Assembly: GCA_024137785.1 (NCBI GenBank)
Contig: JAHRHZ010000069.1
Location: 6,041,734 to 6,105,733, forward strand
Reading direction: 5' to 3'
Length of the DNA: 64,000 nt
Origin: Ginglymostoma cirratum
Lineage: Eukaryota
This document shows positions 38,040 to 51,107 of this stretch, piece by piece (within the stretch, counting starts at the first letter, position 1; the number at the start of each line of letters is the position of its first letter). Under the pieces are notes generated by a model that did not search any database, had not been told where the DNA came from, and saw only the letters and a list, made by a program, of their open reading frames with translations. A program made the translations under genes and the position numbers.

Positions 38040-38480
38040 GTGTTGAAGAGCAGAGAACAGCCCAATATCTGGGGGATGAACTTTTTGCGTCAATGTGGCA
38101 CCCTTAATATTGAAAGAAATCTCCAAGTGTCGGTAGACGTAATTAGATGAAAGTTGACATTAAGCAAAAGCGGGAAGTACGAGGACAGATAGCCACAAGC
38201 TTAGTCCAAAGTATGGGTTTTAAGAAGTGGCTTAAGGGGGGATTAAGAGATGATGCTGTTAAATGCAAGAATCTCATCTTTGGACTTAGATGGCTGAAGG
38301 CACAGTTGCCAATGGTCAAGTGAAGGAAGTGGGAGACTAGAGTTGGGGGAACACAGTTCTTGACGGATCCTTGGGCTGAAGGAGAATAGAAATGTGGAGC
38401 ATGAGGGCAGGAAAGAATTTGAGCATCCGGATGAAAATTTTATAATTGAAGCTCATGCAGGAGACAGAAGCTATAGATTT
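38040..38480 (-). mobile_element. Old L2 LINE 3' fragment
   Basis: GGTTTTAAGAAGTGGCTTAAGG...GGCTGAAGGCACAGTTGCCAATGGT is the antisense of the L2 3' end seen at 40790-40860. Confidence 0.55.
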
Positions 38481-40029
38481 GGTATAACTTGACCTTGTAA
38501 CATTCGGCATGTTAGAATGAGATTGGATTCTGTAGTATAATGAGAAAGAATATGTGCATTGATATACCAAATGAGATACCTCTGACAACATCATTGTTGA
38601 GACTGAGAAGAGAAGAAGGAAAGAACTGTGCTTGAGATCTGTATTTGATACAATGCATGTTTGATTGGAAATAGAGCTTACAGAAACTCCCATGAGTCAG
38701 ACAGTAGCCACTGTTAGATAAGGCAAAGAGAGATGCACCAGATTCAGAGTATGGGCAGTCTCTATCTTAGTAGGGCAGCCTCAAGCGTGCAGTGCAGACA
38801 CTCAACACCTAGGCTTTACAGTTGGCAGCTTTATGAGGCCGACCTGACACAAACTTGAGTCGATGGGAGCAGCGTAGTCCATAGAGATGATAGCCATAGC
38901 ACTCATCAGATCTGAGTGAACAGGAAGTTATTAATGATTTGTTCATTGCTCCAACATTGGTAACCTAAAATCTTTTGCACCCTACTTAAGTTCTCAGTTT
39001 TCTTAATCTATTTCAATCAAAAATAGTGAACATAATGTTTGATGCTGTTTTCTAACTATACTTTTGAGGATAGTTTTGTTTAACGTTTTACCAAATGCAT
39101 CGCATAAATTAATGGCTACAATGGTACCATACATTCCAAACATAAATGTAAGATTAATATTTCTACAAAGAAGTTTCATATTGATATACAATAGCATTAG
39201 AGAAGAGATGCATGACAATAGACTGGACATGTATGACTTTATGGGGTTTAAAAGTACAAGATTTCTACTTGTTTAGGCCTAAGGCTTTAACACTACAAAT
39301 TATTTTCATTCTCAGACTTGAAATCTGTAAATATTTCATTCTAATAATTTGTCATTAAAAACACTCCATTATTTACCACGTAATTTATTTCTGAAATTAA
39401 TTGCAAAAGTATTTGGATGCGAATCCATGAGAAATTCTACCAAGACATTATTTTAGAGGGCCCTTTAGGACTGTGACTTCATCAGTATTTTATTCTTTCA
39501 CTACTTAATATTTTGTTTCTTATTTTGTAAGCTGATATTATTGATTTATTTTTCACTTTCATATACGTCTAGGGCTGAACCTTACCAGATATCATCTCAG
39601 TGTCAATTTAGGCAAGTTTCATGCAGTATTTGTGTCCCTGAGCCCCAGCAACTTTTCTTGCGCTATCTTACCAAACTCACCTCATTAACTGTGTATCCGG
39701 CCCCTTTGGCACCCTGCTCATCATAACCTGCCACTGGCCGCAGTGTTGCCAGGATTTCCTGGTATTCCTGGCACCGGCACCATCTTTAAAACTCACCTTG
39801 TTAAGCATTGGCATCTGCAGCTTTATTTGCCCTGGACACGTCGGACAGAGGGCAAATGACACCCAATGAGGCGGGTTGTTGAAGTAACAAAATGGTTGAC
39901 CACAGCCTCTTCCTCCAGACCCTGTCCCCCATTCTCCAGCTGGGAAGGGCTGTTCTACATGGTTACATTCTTATCTATCTGATCAAAGCCAGAAAATAAC
40001 CTGCGATGGATTCTCATGGAGCCCCTATA

Positions 40030-40885
40030 CTGTTATCCTCTGGTATCCCATAAGGACCTATCCTTGATGCTCTCCTCTTTCTAACTTGTACACTGAATGA
40101 AGTTTTTCAAATGTACAGGGTTCGTTTTCACATGTATGATAATGACATCCAGTTGTACCTCAGTCCCACCTTTCTTGACTCCCCACTGTTGCTAACTCAT
40201 CAGGGTGCTTATCTGACAACCAGTATTGGATGAGAAAAGAAGTTCCTCCAATTAAATATTGAGAAGACTGAACCCATTGTTTCCTCCCCTTCCCCATTTC
40301 AAATTCTGTTCCCTAGCTACTTACTGCATCCCTTTCCTTGACAATGGTCTGATATTAAGTTAGTCTGTGTAAAATCTTGCATCTGTTTGCAATCTTTGGT
40401 GCTACATTTGATCCTATTAATCTCAAAAGTGCGCAATTTCTAAGACCACCTATTTCCATTTCCATACCATCATTCAGCTCATCAGTTGATGAAACCCTTG
40501 TCTGTGCATTTGTAATGTCTAGGCTTGACAATTCCAATTCACTGCTAGCTGGTCTCTACCCTCCACAAATTGGGTGTTATCAAAAACTCTACCTCCTGTG
40601 TGTTAAAATACATCAAGTCCTATCACCCCAATTCTCACTGACCTACATTGGCTCTCCCTAAAGCGAGGTCTTGATTTTAAAATTCTGATCCTGATTTTCA
40701 AACTTCTCTCCATCTCTGAAATCCTCACTCAGCCCAGGAACATCCAAGGTATCTGTGCTCCTCTTATTCTGGCATCTTGTATGCTCACAAATGTTGCTTC
40801 ACCATTAATGGCTGCACCTTCAGTTGCCTAGATACGAAGATCGGAAATTCCCTTCACACACTTGTCCGGCTCTCCATCATATTTT
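40030..40885 (+). mobile_element. L2 LINE RT 3' fragment
   Basis: FHMYDNDIQLYLS (FHMYADDTQLYLS), LQLNIEKTE, ETLVCAFVMSRLDNSNSLLAGL and LHWL. Confidence 0.85.
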
Positions 40886-41029
40886 TTGTTGTCTCAGGGC
40901 TCTAGGCTCTGGAGCGACTTTGCAATGATGTCATGGAGTCCTATAATGTGCCACGACACAAGATTTCTATGTTCGTAGCAGCAAAATTGCAAAAGTATCT
41001 TTGCCAATTAGGCAGAATCTGTCCCAGCC

Positions 41030-41330
41030 ATACTCACTGAGGTGATACGATCAGTGTTAGGACAACAGTGAGCAACAAGTTGGGAGTTTCGGAATACGAC
41101 TCAATTTCTTCAATGCCCTCCTGCTCGGATGTTGAACGCCATGGTCGCCTGCTGCACTATCCACAGCATTACCCTCCAGGGAACGGTGAACCTTGAGTAA
41201 GGTCAGTGGAGAAGGACGAGAAACGGGAACAGGAGGTAAGAAGGGATGAAGAATTGCTGGCAGAGAGAGAAAGAGACAATGATGAACATAGAAATGCCTC
41301 ATCAGCAAATGAAGTCGCTTTCTCCTGCAT
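41030..41330 (+). mobile_element. PIF/Harbinger transposase C-terminal fossil
   Basis: RTTV..QQVG..GIRL then LQCPPARMLNAMVACCTIHSITL (cf. LQYSPxKVxxIIVACCVLHNIAL), followed by an acidic tail. Confidence 0.6.
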
Positions 41331-42744
41331 TCCTCCAGAAAGAGGATCTCTCCTTCATAGCTTCCAGCATTACATCCAGGCCAGGATCTCCCAAGTGAGG
41401 TTCATCCCTTCCCTGAGTGCCAGTCGTTTGACTCCAAAGTGACATCTCACTCCTTGGTGATAAGGTGGAAGGCTTTGATACAATCTGCAGATTTCTCCCT
41501 TAAGACAAAGCACAACCTCATTGGTGACTGCTGTGAGGAGTCCAAAATGACTCCCAACACTTCACCTGATTCATTCCTACCCCCATTAGTTTGAAGTGGT
41601 AAATGCTTTCCTTATCAATCAATGGCTCACTCTGAGAAAACCTTTAGCTTTAATCTGCTTTCCTCTGAGTTTCTGACTCTAAATCGAACCTGTCTCCCAC
41701 CTTCATGGTGAAATTTTTCTCCCAGAGTGTTTACGCGTATTTGTATAAACCACCTAATGTATCTGTTGATCTTTTATTTTTCCACATTTTTTCTCAATTT
41801 CATTTTCTAATTCCGGATCCCCTCAAAATATGTACCCTTTCCAGAATTAGAGGTCAGGTCACAGCGACACCCCAGACATCTACGTAAATGCTATTCTGCT
41901 GTCTGCATTCCGTACTGTGGGAGATACTTGAGGATGACTGATTCTGCTGTGCATTGAGAGCAGATTGAACCGATTCTGCTTAAGTAAGTAATGATCCAAC
42001 ATCTGACTCAAATAATCTGGAATGTGTTATGTACTTCCTGCCTCACAAGATTGTACCAACATTTACAGAGAAATGAATTAATCTCTTGGACATTTTCGAG
42101 ACTAAAAATCACAGCAATTCTTCCACATTAAACTCCTTGGGTCACTGATGATTTCAGGTGGCATAATCTTAAAATATTTCCAAAGCAGTTTTATTGCCAA
42201 TGTTTCTTTGCGGTCTCAGTTCAAAGGGCAGCAACATTGTTTCAAGAAGATAAGAGAAGGATCGGAACAAAGGGTTTAGTTACTTTCTATTTCTCTCCAA
42301 AATCCCATTTATCCCAGTAAACCGTACATACTTTTCATCACTTTTACAGTTTGGAGCTGTTTACCTCCAAGGACAATGGCTATTTGCCAAATATTTTTAA
42401 ATGGTTATAATTGCTGTAAGTAAATCATTATAACATGCATGCAGTACAAAGAAGAAATTATTTGAGCTACTCTTGATGTAAACCCATGACTTTGATTCCG
42501 CTTCAGTACATTTGCCACGCTTTTAAGTAGAGGTCACGTCTGGGTGATTTAACAATACTTCATAATTTTCAAGTCCGAACATAAGTTAGCGAGACATCGG
42601 GGTAAAATGCTACTGTTGCTAATGCAAGCCGGAATTTTGAGTACATCTTTCTTGACAAAATTGCTCTCAAAGCATTTTGAGGTTTGAAGTTGAAAGCAGT
42701 TCCGGAAATTACAGGAAGCAGTTATTGGGGAGTTGTGATAGATT

Positions 42745-43455
42745 TGGAGAGGCTGCAAAGGAAATTTACCAGGATGTGCTGGTCTGGAGAGTTTCAGTTA
42801 TTAAGAGAGAGTGGACAGACTGCAGTTGTTTTCCTTAGCAGAGACGATTGGGAGGGGACATGATGGAGACGTATAAAAGTATGAGGAGCATAGAGAGGAT
42901 AGATAGGAAGGAATGTTTTCCCATGCAGAGGATAAATGACTGGGGGCGTGCATTTAAGGTTTGGGGCAGGAAGTTTACAGTGGATGTGAGGAAAACATTT
43001 TCACTGGTGGTGGATGAATCTACTAGCGAATCTGGAACTCACTGCCTGTGATAGTCAGAGAGGCTGAAACCCTCATAACATTTAAGAAGTACATAGATGT
43101 GCACTTATGATATCAAGACATACAAGGCTATGGGCCAATGCTGGAAAATGGGATTCGAATAGTTAAGTGATATTTGTTAACCAGTGTGAAAGGGCCTTTT
43201 TCTGTGCTATAAGACGGTTGAGAATCTTTGGAACTCCCTGCCACAGAGAATTGTGGGGATAGAGTCTTTACGTATACCTAAGGCTGAGATAGATAGATGG
43301 ATAGATTGATCCTTGATCAGTAGGGAAATCAAGGGTTATGGGAAAACACAGGAACGTGGACACGAGGAATGTCAGATCAGCCACGATCCTGTAGAATAAT
43401 GGAGCAGGCTCCAGGGGCCAAATGGTCTACTCCTGTTCCTATTTCTTATGGTCTT
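42745..43455 (+). mobile_element. Two tandem CR1 3' fragments (42745-43212; 43215-43455)
   Basis: GGDMMETYKSMRSIERID, TGGAACTC twice, and two CR1 3'UTRs, the second ending TTCTTATGGTCTT. Confidence 0.85.
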
Positions 43456-43877
43456 TAGATCGCTATGACTCCATGACAAGAGTAAAAAAAATCTTGAGCA
43501 ATGACACTCACCCTTGTCTCGGAGTCCCTGTTGAATATGTTCAAGGAAAGAGCTCTATCCCCTCAGATGTAGGACAAAGCGGTTCTCAAACTAATTTGTG
43601 CCCTCTGAAAAAGAACTTTTATGAGGAATTTGATAAATTGATGAGGATATATATTTAGGATTGGACTCCTTGATTAATTTAATGCATTAGGATTGCTTTT
43701 ATCGATTTTAACTGTTCGACCTCTGTGATAAGATCACTTTCTTTATGTTGCCAATATTAATTTATTTTTAATTCTTTAACGAATGAACAATATACCTCAA
43801 ATTAATTACTGTATGGGCAATGGAGTTAATTTGACTGGATGTTTCTTTATTGTTTCATATATTTGCCTGAGGAACAG

Positions 43878-43889
43878 AAACTGAAGGAG
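43878..43889 (+). other. Candidate 12-nt microexon (18 nt if the AG at 43870-43871 is used)
   Basis: U-rich tract, then TTTGCCTGAGGAACAG|AAACTGAAGGAG|GTAAGC. Confidence 0.3.
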
Positions 43890-44517
43890 GTAAGCCTGGT
43901 ACCATGTAATACAGAGAAGCGTTGTCTACCTGTAGTTAACCTCGGCAAAACAGGATTCACGCTAGGCGTTCTTATTTTAAGTTACAGGAATTATACGTGG
44001 ATTGGTGAGATGTGTAGGTGGAGGAGGGTAATGAGAAGGAGCTGGTCAGAGAGGTTTACTGAGCCTTGTCAGTTTGGAATTGTATTAGTCTGCAGGAAAG
44101 TACTCTACAAATTATTTGGACAAGGATGGAAGCTTCCTCTGGATTTGACCAAGTAGTTGTGCTTTGCATCTGTGCATGTGTAGCAGCTCCGATTCAAGTG
44201 GAGTTTTGATAATCTTCATAATCAAATCCTGGTGCACACTCTCTGTTGGGTCATTCACACAGAACAAAGAGCTATGTGGTTGTAGTTTGTTTACGCAATG
44301 ATATCTGATCCAGACTTGAGTCATTACCTTTATTAGAGAGGAGAACATAAAGGGATTTTTTTTTTTCTGTTATTCATTGGTTAACAAGAGACTGGCATTG
44401 TAGAGTATGCATTTCAAAATTACTTCAAATTCTCCAGGTGATCCTGTTATTGTGACATGATGAGTTCCCTTACGTTGTATATATTTTTGTACTGTCAGAA
44501 CTGCATGCAGTGAAAAT

Positions 44518-45682
44518 TGTAACGTTCAGGGAACAAGCAGCTCCAAACATTTGAGTCTCACAGCTAATTTCTACATTTGTGCTAATACTCCAAAATATTA
44601 AGTTTCATTCAATACTGTCTAGGAATAAGGGCTGGTTTTGTTACAGGGCTTTCACTTGCTAAATCAAAACAGTCTTCGGTAACTGAAGAACAGCTTTGGC
44701 GTGACACTTATTTGGAGAAGGCAAAGACCAAATTAAGCTCCATGAAGATAGGAACTGTTTAGTTGGACTGCTGAAAAGGCAACTGAACTGGATAGTTGGA
44801 CACTTAGGGAGACAAGTCAGGAGCTGTTGGATGGCTCTGTGTTGGTAAAACTCAAGAAGAAATTCTTGGCTGTTAGTTAAGTGTTGGAGTCAGGCCACCA
44901 GCAATGCACCACCAGCAACGCACTGGGATCGGTAAAGAATCAGAAGGAGCCATTGGTGCCGAAGTGGGTGAGTATGAAGGAAACTTACAAACACTATTAG
45001 TTTTGTGCAGGAGCAAAGCTCAAGGAACATATCCAGAGGCACTACAGGTTTGGTGAAGCTGTCTGTCACGAAAAATCTGGAGTTATGCTTGTAGCGACTC
45101 GGTGGAGTGTAGTTTCCAAAATATCCGGGTGTGTATAATCCCAGAAGAGGAAGGTAAACTGTCAAAACATGAACAATTGTTGAGGGGGACAATAGTAGAA
45201 TAGCTCTCGAGGGATTTTCAAAACCAGTGAAGATTCAAAATCCCTTGTGAAGTGTTGATGTGTTTTAGTGTGAACTACAGGGTCATTAATTCATGGTGGT
45301 GTGGAGAGAGGGTTTTTCTGGGAAATACGTGGGATATGTCTCAACCAAAGCACTGTTTGATGTGTCCAACTATCAATTATCTGTTACCCATACCTGTGTC
45401 ACACTCAGTTAGGGATGTTAGATTACCTCATATCTATCTTGGCAGAGCTTAAACCGTTTTTTTAGTCAATAGTCTTTGCATGAGTGTTTAGCTAAGTTTT
45501 ATTTGTGACTAATTCATAATTTTTTATTGTCTATAAAACCTGGCTGAATTTTTTGCAATACTTAAACAGATACAGTTTATAAACTAATCAATTGACTATA
45601 TCATGAACCTGGTTGATTTTATCGTAAGCAGTCGAAGAGTGGGATTAGAAAGGAATCGATGCTCTCTTCTAACTCTGTCACA
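44518..45682 (+). mobile_element. Probable solo LTR
   Basis: Starts TGTAAC and ends TGTCACA after GGGATTAGAAAGGAATCG...; non-coding. No clean TSD found. Confidence 0.4.
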
Positions 45683-46613
45683 ATAATGATTGTACATTCT
45701 TTCTTTCTTTAAAATCAGACTACACCATGAAACCTGAGTTCATTATCCAACAACCTTCCAGCAGAAGAATTTACTCGATATTTAGTTTCACCCGTGAGAC
45801 ACAATTTTACCTGTGCCATAAATAATCCTTTGGTTTACTAGATTAGTTTGGGAATAAGAAAGACATCCACACGTATAGCCAGAGGTCAGCCAGATTAATT
45901 TTGCATTTGTCACAGGCAGCTGTCAAATGAAAGACTTGAAGAAATTACGTTAGAATGCCAACAGGAGGGACACATGAACATATCTGTCAAAAACACATGC
46001 CATAAAAAAGAGCACAATACAAAAGATCCATTTGTGGCATATTTGGGAAGTTAAAGCTAGTATTAAGTTAAAATAAGAGGCTTATAATCCTGTGACAAAT
46101 AGTAGTAAGCTCAAGGACTAGAAGTGTTGCAGAAACCTGCAAATGGTAGCCTAAACGTTGGGTAAAAAGGGCTTCTTTGGATGAAAAATTTTTAAGTTTG
46201 TTGGATGTGCAAGCAACTTATTAATGGATGGAGTGTAGTGGTTAATCTATGTTAGTATGCACCCTGCGCCCAATCAAGGAACATGGCGTTGAGAAAAGAG
46301 TCCAGCAGGAAGATATCCCTTGCTTCCTTGATGGCAACCCCCTTCCATGACCTCCATCCATCCACACTCTACTTAAAACCAATTGGTGATCTTCAAGATC
46401 AGCCCCACTTTAGTACAGACAGGGGCCTGCTTTCATAGTGGTGCTGCCATAACTGGAGAATTGCCAGTGTCTGATGGGCTAGTCATTCCCGGAGGCAAGA
46501 TTTAATATCCTACTAGGATATTAATTCAGTGCAACACTGCTGCTGTCCAGGTAAGTGCTTGGTTACCTTGGAGCAGTGTTGAGCCTCCCAGTGAAAGATG
46601 ATAAAAGGTTCCA

Positions 46614-47488
46614 AGTCAGTACAGTGTGGAGCGGGAGGAACACAGCAGGTCAGGCAGCATCAGAGGAGCAGAAGAGTCGACGTTTTGCGTTGGGACCCTT
46701 CATCAGGATTGCTGAGCAGGATCAAGTTTGGTGTAGTTATGATCCTTGATGTCCGACAGGGCAGAGGAAAAGCATTGGTTGAGGGTGTGAATCCTGCGTA
46801 GAACGAAAAGCAATAGAAGTCCTTTGCAGATCTTGGAAAGAGAGGCTCTGAGCTTGGGTAGGGCTGACTGTAGTGAGAAAAGATGCTGGTGCATGGCTAC
46901 GAGCATGCAGCTGAGGAACTACGGAGAAAACCATTTCTGGAGCCTCTGGGTGTACTGTAGATAATGGTTGTCGCAGTTTGGTCCCAAATTGGGATGGTCT
47001 GGATGTTGTTTGGAGTCCATGGGTTATGAGCTGGCTGCGTAGGCAGGTACTGAGAAAGGAGATGGAGCTGTAGTACCGGGTTTGTTTCAGTATGTGGTCG
47101 AAAAGCTTCAGGGCAGAGGAGATTACCCATGGGTTACAGTTGGAGAGAGATCCACTGAGGTCTTTCCAGAGGGAGGCAGACAACTTCTTCAATGTGGACA
47201 TCCTTGGAACAGGCTTCGCAGTAGGGGTTTAAGTCACTCAGATAGCAAGAACTGCAGATGCTGGAGTCAGAGTCAACACAGTCTGGAGCTGGAGGAACAC
47301 AGCAGGTCAGGCAGCATTAGTGGAGCAGGAGAGTTGACGTTTCGGGTCGGGACCCATCTTCAGGTCTGCTCAAATCCCACTCCGAAACGTCAGCTCTCCT
47401 GCTCCTCTGATGCTACCTGACCTGCTGTGTTCCTCCAGCTCTGCACTGTATTGACTCTGACTCCAGCATCTGCAATTCTTGCTATCTC
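46614..47488 (-). mobile_element. Internally deleted Penelope-like element with two tandem HHR-bearing pLTRs and an inverted pLTR
   Basis: ORF 46737-47201 (ALKLFDHILKQTRYYSSISFLSTCLR, PLE N-terminus). HHR motifs at 47336-47363 and 46679-46706. Inverted arms 47240-47345 / 47382-47487. Possible diverged TSD TGATAAAAGGTTCCA / TGATAACGGATTCCCA. Confidence 0.82.
47336..47363 (-). ncRNA. Minimal hammerhead ribozyme motif
   Basis: CUGAAGA-U-GGGUC-CC-GACCC-GAAAC-GUC. Confidence 0.65.
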
Positions 47489-47789
47489 TGATAACGGATT
47501 CCCACTGGTCTCCAACCTGCTGGATCAGACCTCTATCACTTGCATTAAATCTCAGTTTCCACACTTGTTTTCAAGTAAAAGACACAAATATCTTATCAGA
47601 AATAAAGTGTAAATAAGGGGATATTAAGATTGAGGGAGTTACGTAATTCTAGCATTTTTCTTACTGCTGATGTAAAGTTAACAAGTGTGTTGTTCTGTTT
47701 TCCCTCATGCTCCATTCTTAAATAGTGGGATGACATTTCCGACCTAGTTTCAAAATACTTATGCAAAAGGTTAAACTTTTTAAGTTTTT

Positions 47790-49978
47790 AATTAAAAGAA
47801 AATTTTTAATTGGAGTAAGGCAAGTTTTAGTGGTATGATACAAGAACTTTCAAAAGTTGATTGGAGTAGACTGTTAGCAGGTATAAGGATGTCTGACAAG
47901 TGAGAGGTGTTCAAGAGTGTGATGACAAGAGTTTAGAGGCATTATGTTCCTGTTAGAGCAGAGGGTAAGGCCGTTAAGATTAAGGAACAATGGATGAAAA
48001 AAGATATTGAAGTTCTAGTCAAGAATAAAAGAGTATCTTTTTTACATATAGACAACTTGGTTCAATTGAATCTCTTAATCAATATTAAGAGCATGGGGGC
48101 ACTCTGAAGAGAGGAATTGGGAAGGCAAAGAGGGGATATGAGATAGCATTTGCAGATAATGTTAGGGATGATCCAAAGAGATTCTCCAAATACATTAAGA
48201 GCAAGAGGGTAACTAGAGAGAGGGCAGGGCCCCTTAGAGATCAAGGAGGTCATCTATGCATTGAACCCCAAGAGATGGGAGAGATTTTAAATGAATATTT
48301 TGCATCACTTTTTACTGTGGAGACAGAAATGGAGTCGAAAGAATGCAGACAAAATAAACTTTGATGTTTTAAAAACAGTTCACATTGCAGAAGACAACCT
48401 TTGGGAGGCCTTAGAGAATATAAAGGTGGATAAATCTCCGGGACCTGATCTAATATATCCCAGAACGTTGTGTGAGTTAAGGTGAAAAATTGCGAGACCC
48501 CTTATAGAAATATTTGCATCATCTATAACTACCAGTGAGGTGCCAGATGACTGGAGGGTGGCTAATGTTGTACCTTTGTTTATGAAAAGTTGTAAGGAGA
48601 AATTGGGGAACTATAGGCGTGTGAACCTGACTTCAGTTGTGGGTAAATTGTTGGAGGTGATTATAAAAAAATAGGATTTATGGACATTTAGAGAGCCAAA
48701 AATTGATTAGGGATAGTCAGCATGGTTTTGTGCAAAGGAAAATTGTGTCTTTCAAACTTGATCGAGATTTTTGCAGAAGTTGCCGAAACGATTGAGGGCA
48801 GACCAGTAGATATTGTTTATTTGAATTTCAGTAAAGTCGTTGATAAAGTTCCACATGGTAGACTAATCAGTAAAGTTAGTTCACATGGGATTCAGGGTGA
48901 ACTCGCCAACTGGATCCATAATTGGCTTAACAGCAGGAGACAGAGTAATGGTGGAGGGTTGTTTTTTGGACAGAAGGCCTGTGACCAGCAGTGTTCCACA
49001 GGGATTGGTTCTGGGTTCTCTTTTTGTTTCATTCTTATAAATGATTTTGATAAGAATATAAAAGGCATGGTTAGTAAGTTTGCAGATGACACCAAAATTG
49101 GTGGCATAGTAGATGGTGCAGAAGGTTATCTAAGATTACAAAGGGATCTTGATCAAGTGGGCCAATGGGCTGAAAAATGGCAGATGGAATTCAATCTGGA
49201 TGTATGCAAGGTATTGCATTTTGGTACAACAAACAAGGGTAGGCCTTATACAAATAATGGCAGGGCCTTGGGTAGTATTGTAGAACAGAGGGACCTCGGG
49301 GTTCAGATACATAATTCTTTGAAGTTTGCTTCATATATAGACAGGATGGTTAAAAAGGCATTTGGCACGCTTGCCATCATTGCTCAGTCCTTTGAGTATG
49401 GGAGTTGGGGAGTCATGTTGAGGTTGTACAGGACATTGGTGAGATCTCTTCTGGAGCACTGTGTCTAGTTATGGTCGCCTGTTATAGGAAAGATATTATT
49501 AAACTGGAGAGGGTTCAGAAGACATCTACAAGGATGCTGCTGGGTATGGAAGGTTTGAGTTGCAAAGAAAGGCTGGGACTTTTCTCACTGGAGTGTAGGA
49601 GGTTGAGAGATGACTTGATAGAAGTTTATAAAATAATGACCGGTGTAGATAGAGTTAGTAGTAGTTATCTTTTCCGTAGAATATGGGATTTCAAGACTAA
49701 GGGACATAGGTTTAAGGTGAGGGAAGAGAGATTTAAAAAAAGACATAAGAGGCAAAGTTTTTACATGGAGGGTTGTTTACGTGAGGAATGAACTTTCCGA
49801 GGAAGTGGGGATGTGGGTATAATTACAATATTGAAAAGATATTTGGATAGATATGTGAATAGGAAAGGTTTGGAGGGATATGAGCCAGGAACAGGTAGGT
49901 GTACTAGTTTAGTTTGGGATCACGTTCGGCATGGACTGGTTGGACCAAATGGCCTGTTTCCTAGCTGTATGACTCTGA
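47790..49978 (+). mobile_element. 5'-truncated CR1 LINE, frameshifted
   Basis: IKVDKSPGPD, ORF 48722-49468 (YLNFSKVVDKVPH, KFADDTKIGG, WQMEFN), RRLRDDLIEVYKIM and the 3' tail GCTGTATGACTCT. Confidence 0.93.
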
Positions 49979-50262
49979 CCACCCAACCCACAACAATTGT
50001 TCCAGAATCTACAGATTTTTAGAAGGTAATCACCAGTGCATTGACTTCCTCTATAGCCATCTCCTTTAACTCTTTAGGAAACAGACCTTCAGGTCAACTT
50101 CTGACTCCATTAATTTCCCCAGTACAGTCTTATTATTGATGATAATTTCATTCAGCTTCTCAATCTCTCTAGTCATGATGTGGAGGTGCCAGTGTTGGTC
50201 TGGCATGGACAAGGTCAGAAATCACACTACACGAGCTTAAAGTCCAACAGGTTTATTTGAAA

Positions 50263-50299
50263 ACACAAGCTTTCATAGTCTTACTCCTTCTTCAGGTGT
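50263..50299 (-). ncRNA. Minimal type-I hammerhead motif (stem II partly decayed)
   Basis: ACAC-CUGAAGA-A-GGAGU-AAG-ACUAU-GAAAG-CUU-GUGU; stem I ACAC/GUGU and palindromic AAGCUU. Confidence 0.55.
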
Positions 50300-51070
50300 C
50301 AGTGAGATAGGTGGTATCAGACACAGAATTTATAAGTAAAAGATCAAAAAGTCACACCATCATTGAGGATGTATTAAACAAATTTAAGATGCTATTAAAT
50401 CTTTAATCAGAGAGAAGGTTATAATTGGTTAATATGTATATGTAAATCTCCGAATTCCTTCAAGATCCTATCCTGTGAGAACTAAAGGTTTTATCAGTGT
50501 AAACAAGAGGTGACATTTTAGGTCAGACAATGCATGTTAGGTGTGAGGCCTTGTTTAGAATCTGTTTGTGTTTTGGTTTAGAGTCTGACAGTCTCATGCA
50601 GATCCTCTCAGACGCACATTGTCTCTTGCACATACACATGCGTGCAAGCGCGCACACACACGAGTCTATGGGGTAAATTTGTATTTGCAGATACATTCTA
50701 TTTTGTTCAAAAAGCGCACAATTGATAGACAGTCAGTCAATGTGGCATTTTCTAAATTCCTACTTTAGAAATAAAGTGAGTCTGACTCCAAACCAAAACA
50801 CAAACAGATTCTAAACAAGTCCTCACACCTAACGTGCAATATCTGACCTAAAATGTCACCTCTTCTTTACACTGATAAAACCTTTAGTTCTCCCAGGATA
50901 GGAAATTGGAAGGAATTTGGAGATATACATATACATATTAATTAATTAAAACCTTCTAACTGATTGAAGATTTAACAGCTTCTGAGGATTGTTTAGCACA
51001 TCCTCATCAATGGTGTGACCCTTTGATCTTTTATGCATAAATTCTGTGTCTGATACTTCCTCTCTCACTG

Positions 51071-51107
51071 ACACCTGAAGAAAGAGTGAGGCTCAGAAAT
51101 CTTGTGT
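51071..51107 (+). ncRNA. Minimal type-I hammerhead motif (decayed)
   Basis: ACAC-CUGAAGA-A-AGAGU-GAG-GCUCA-GAAAU-CUU-GUGU. Confidence 0.5.
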
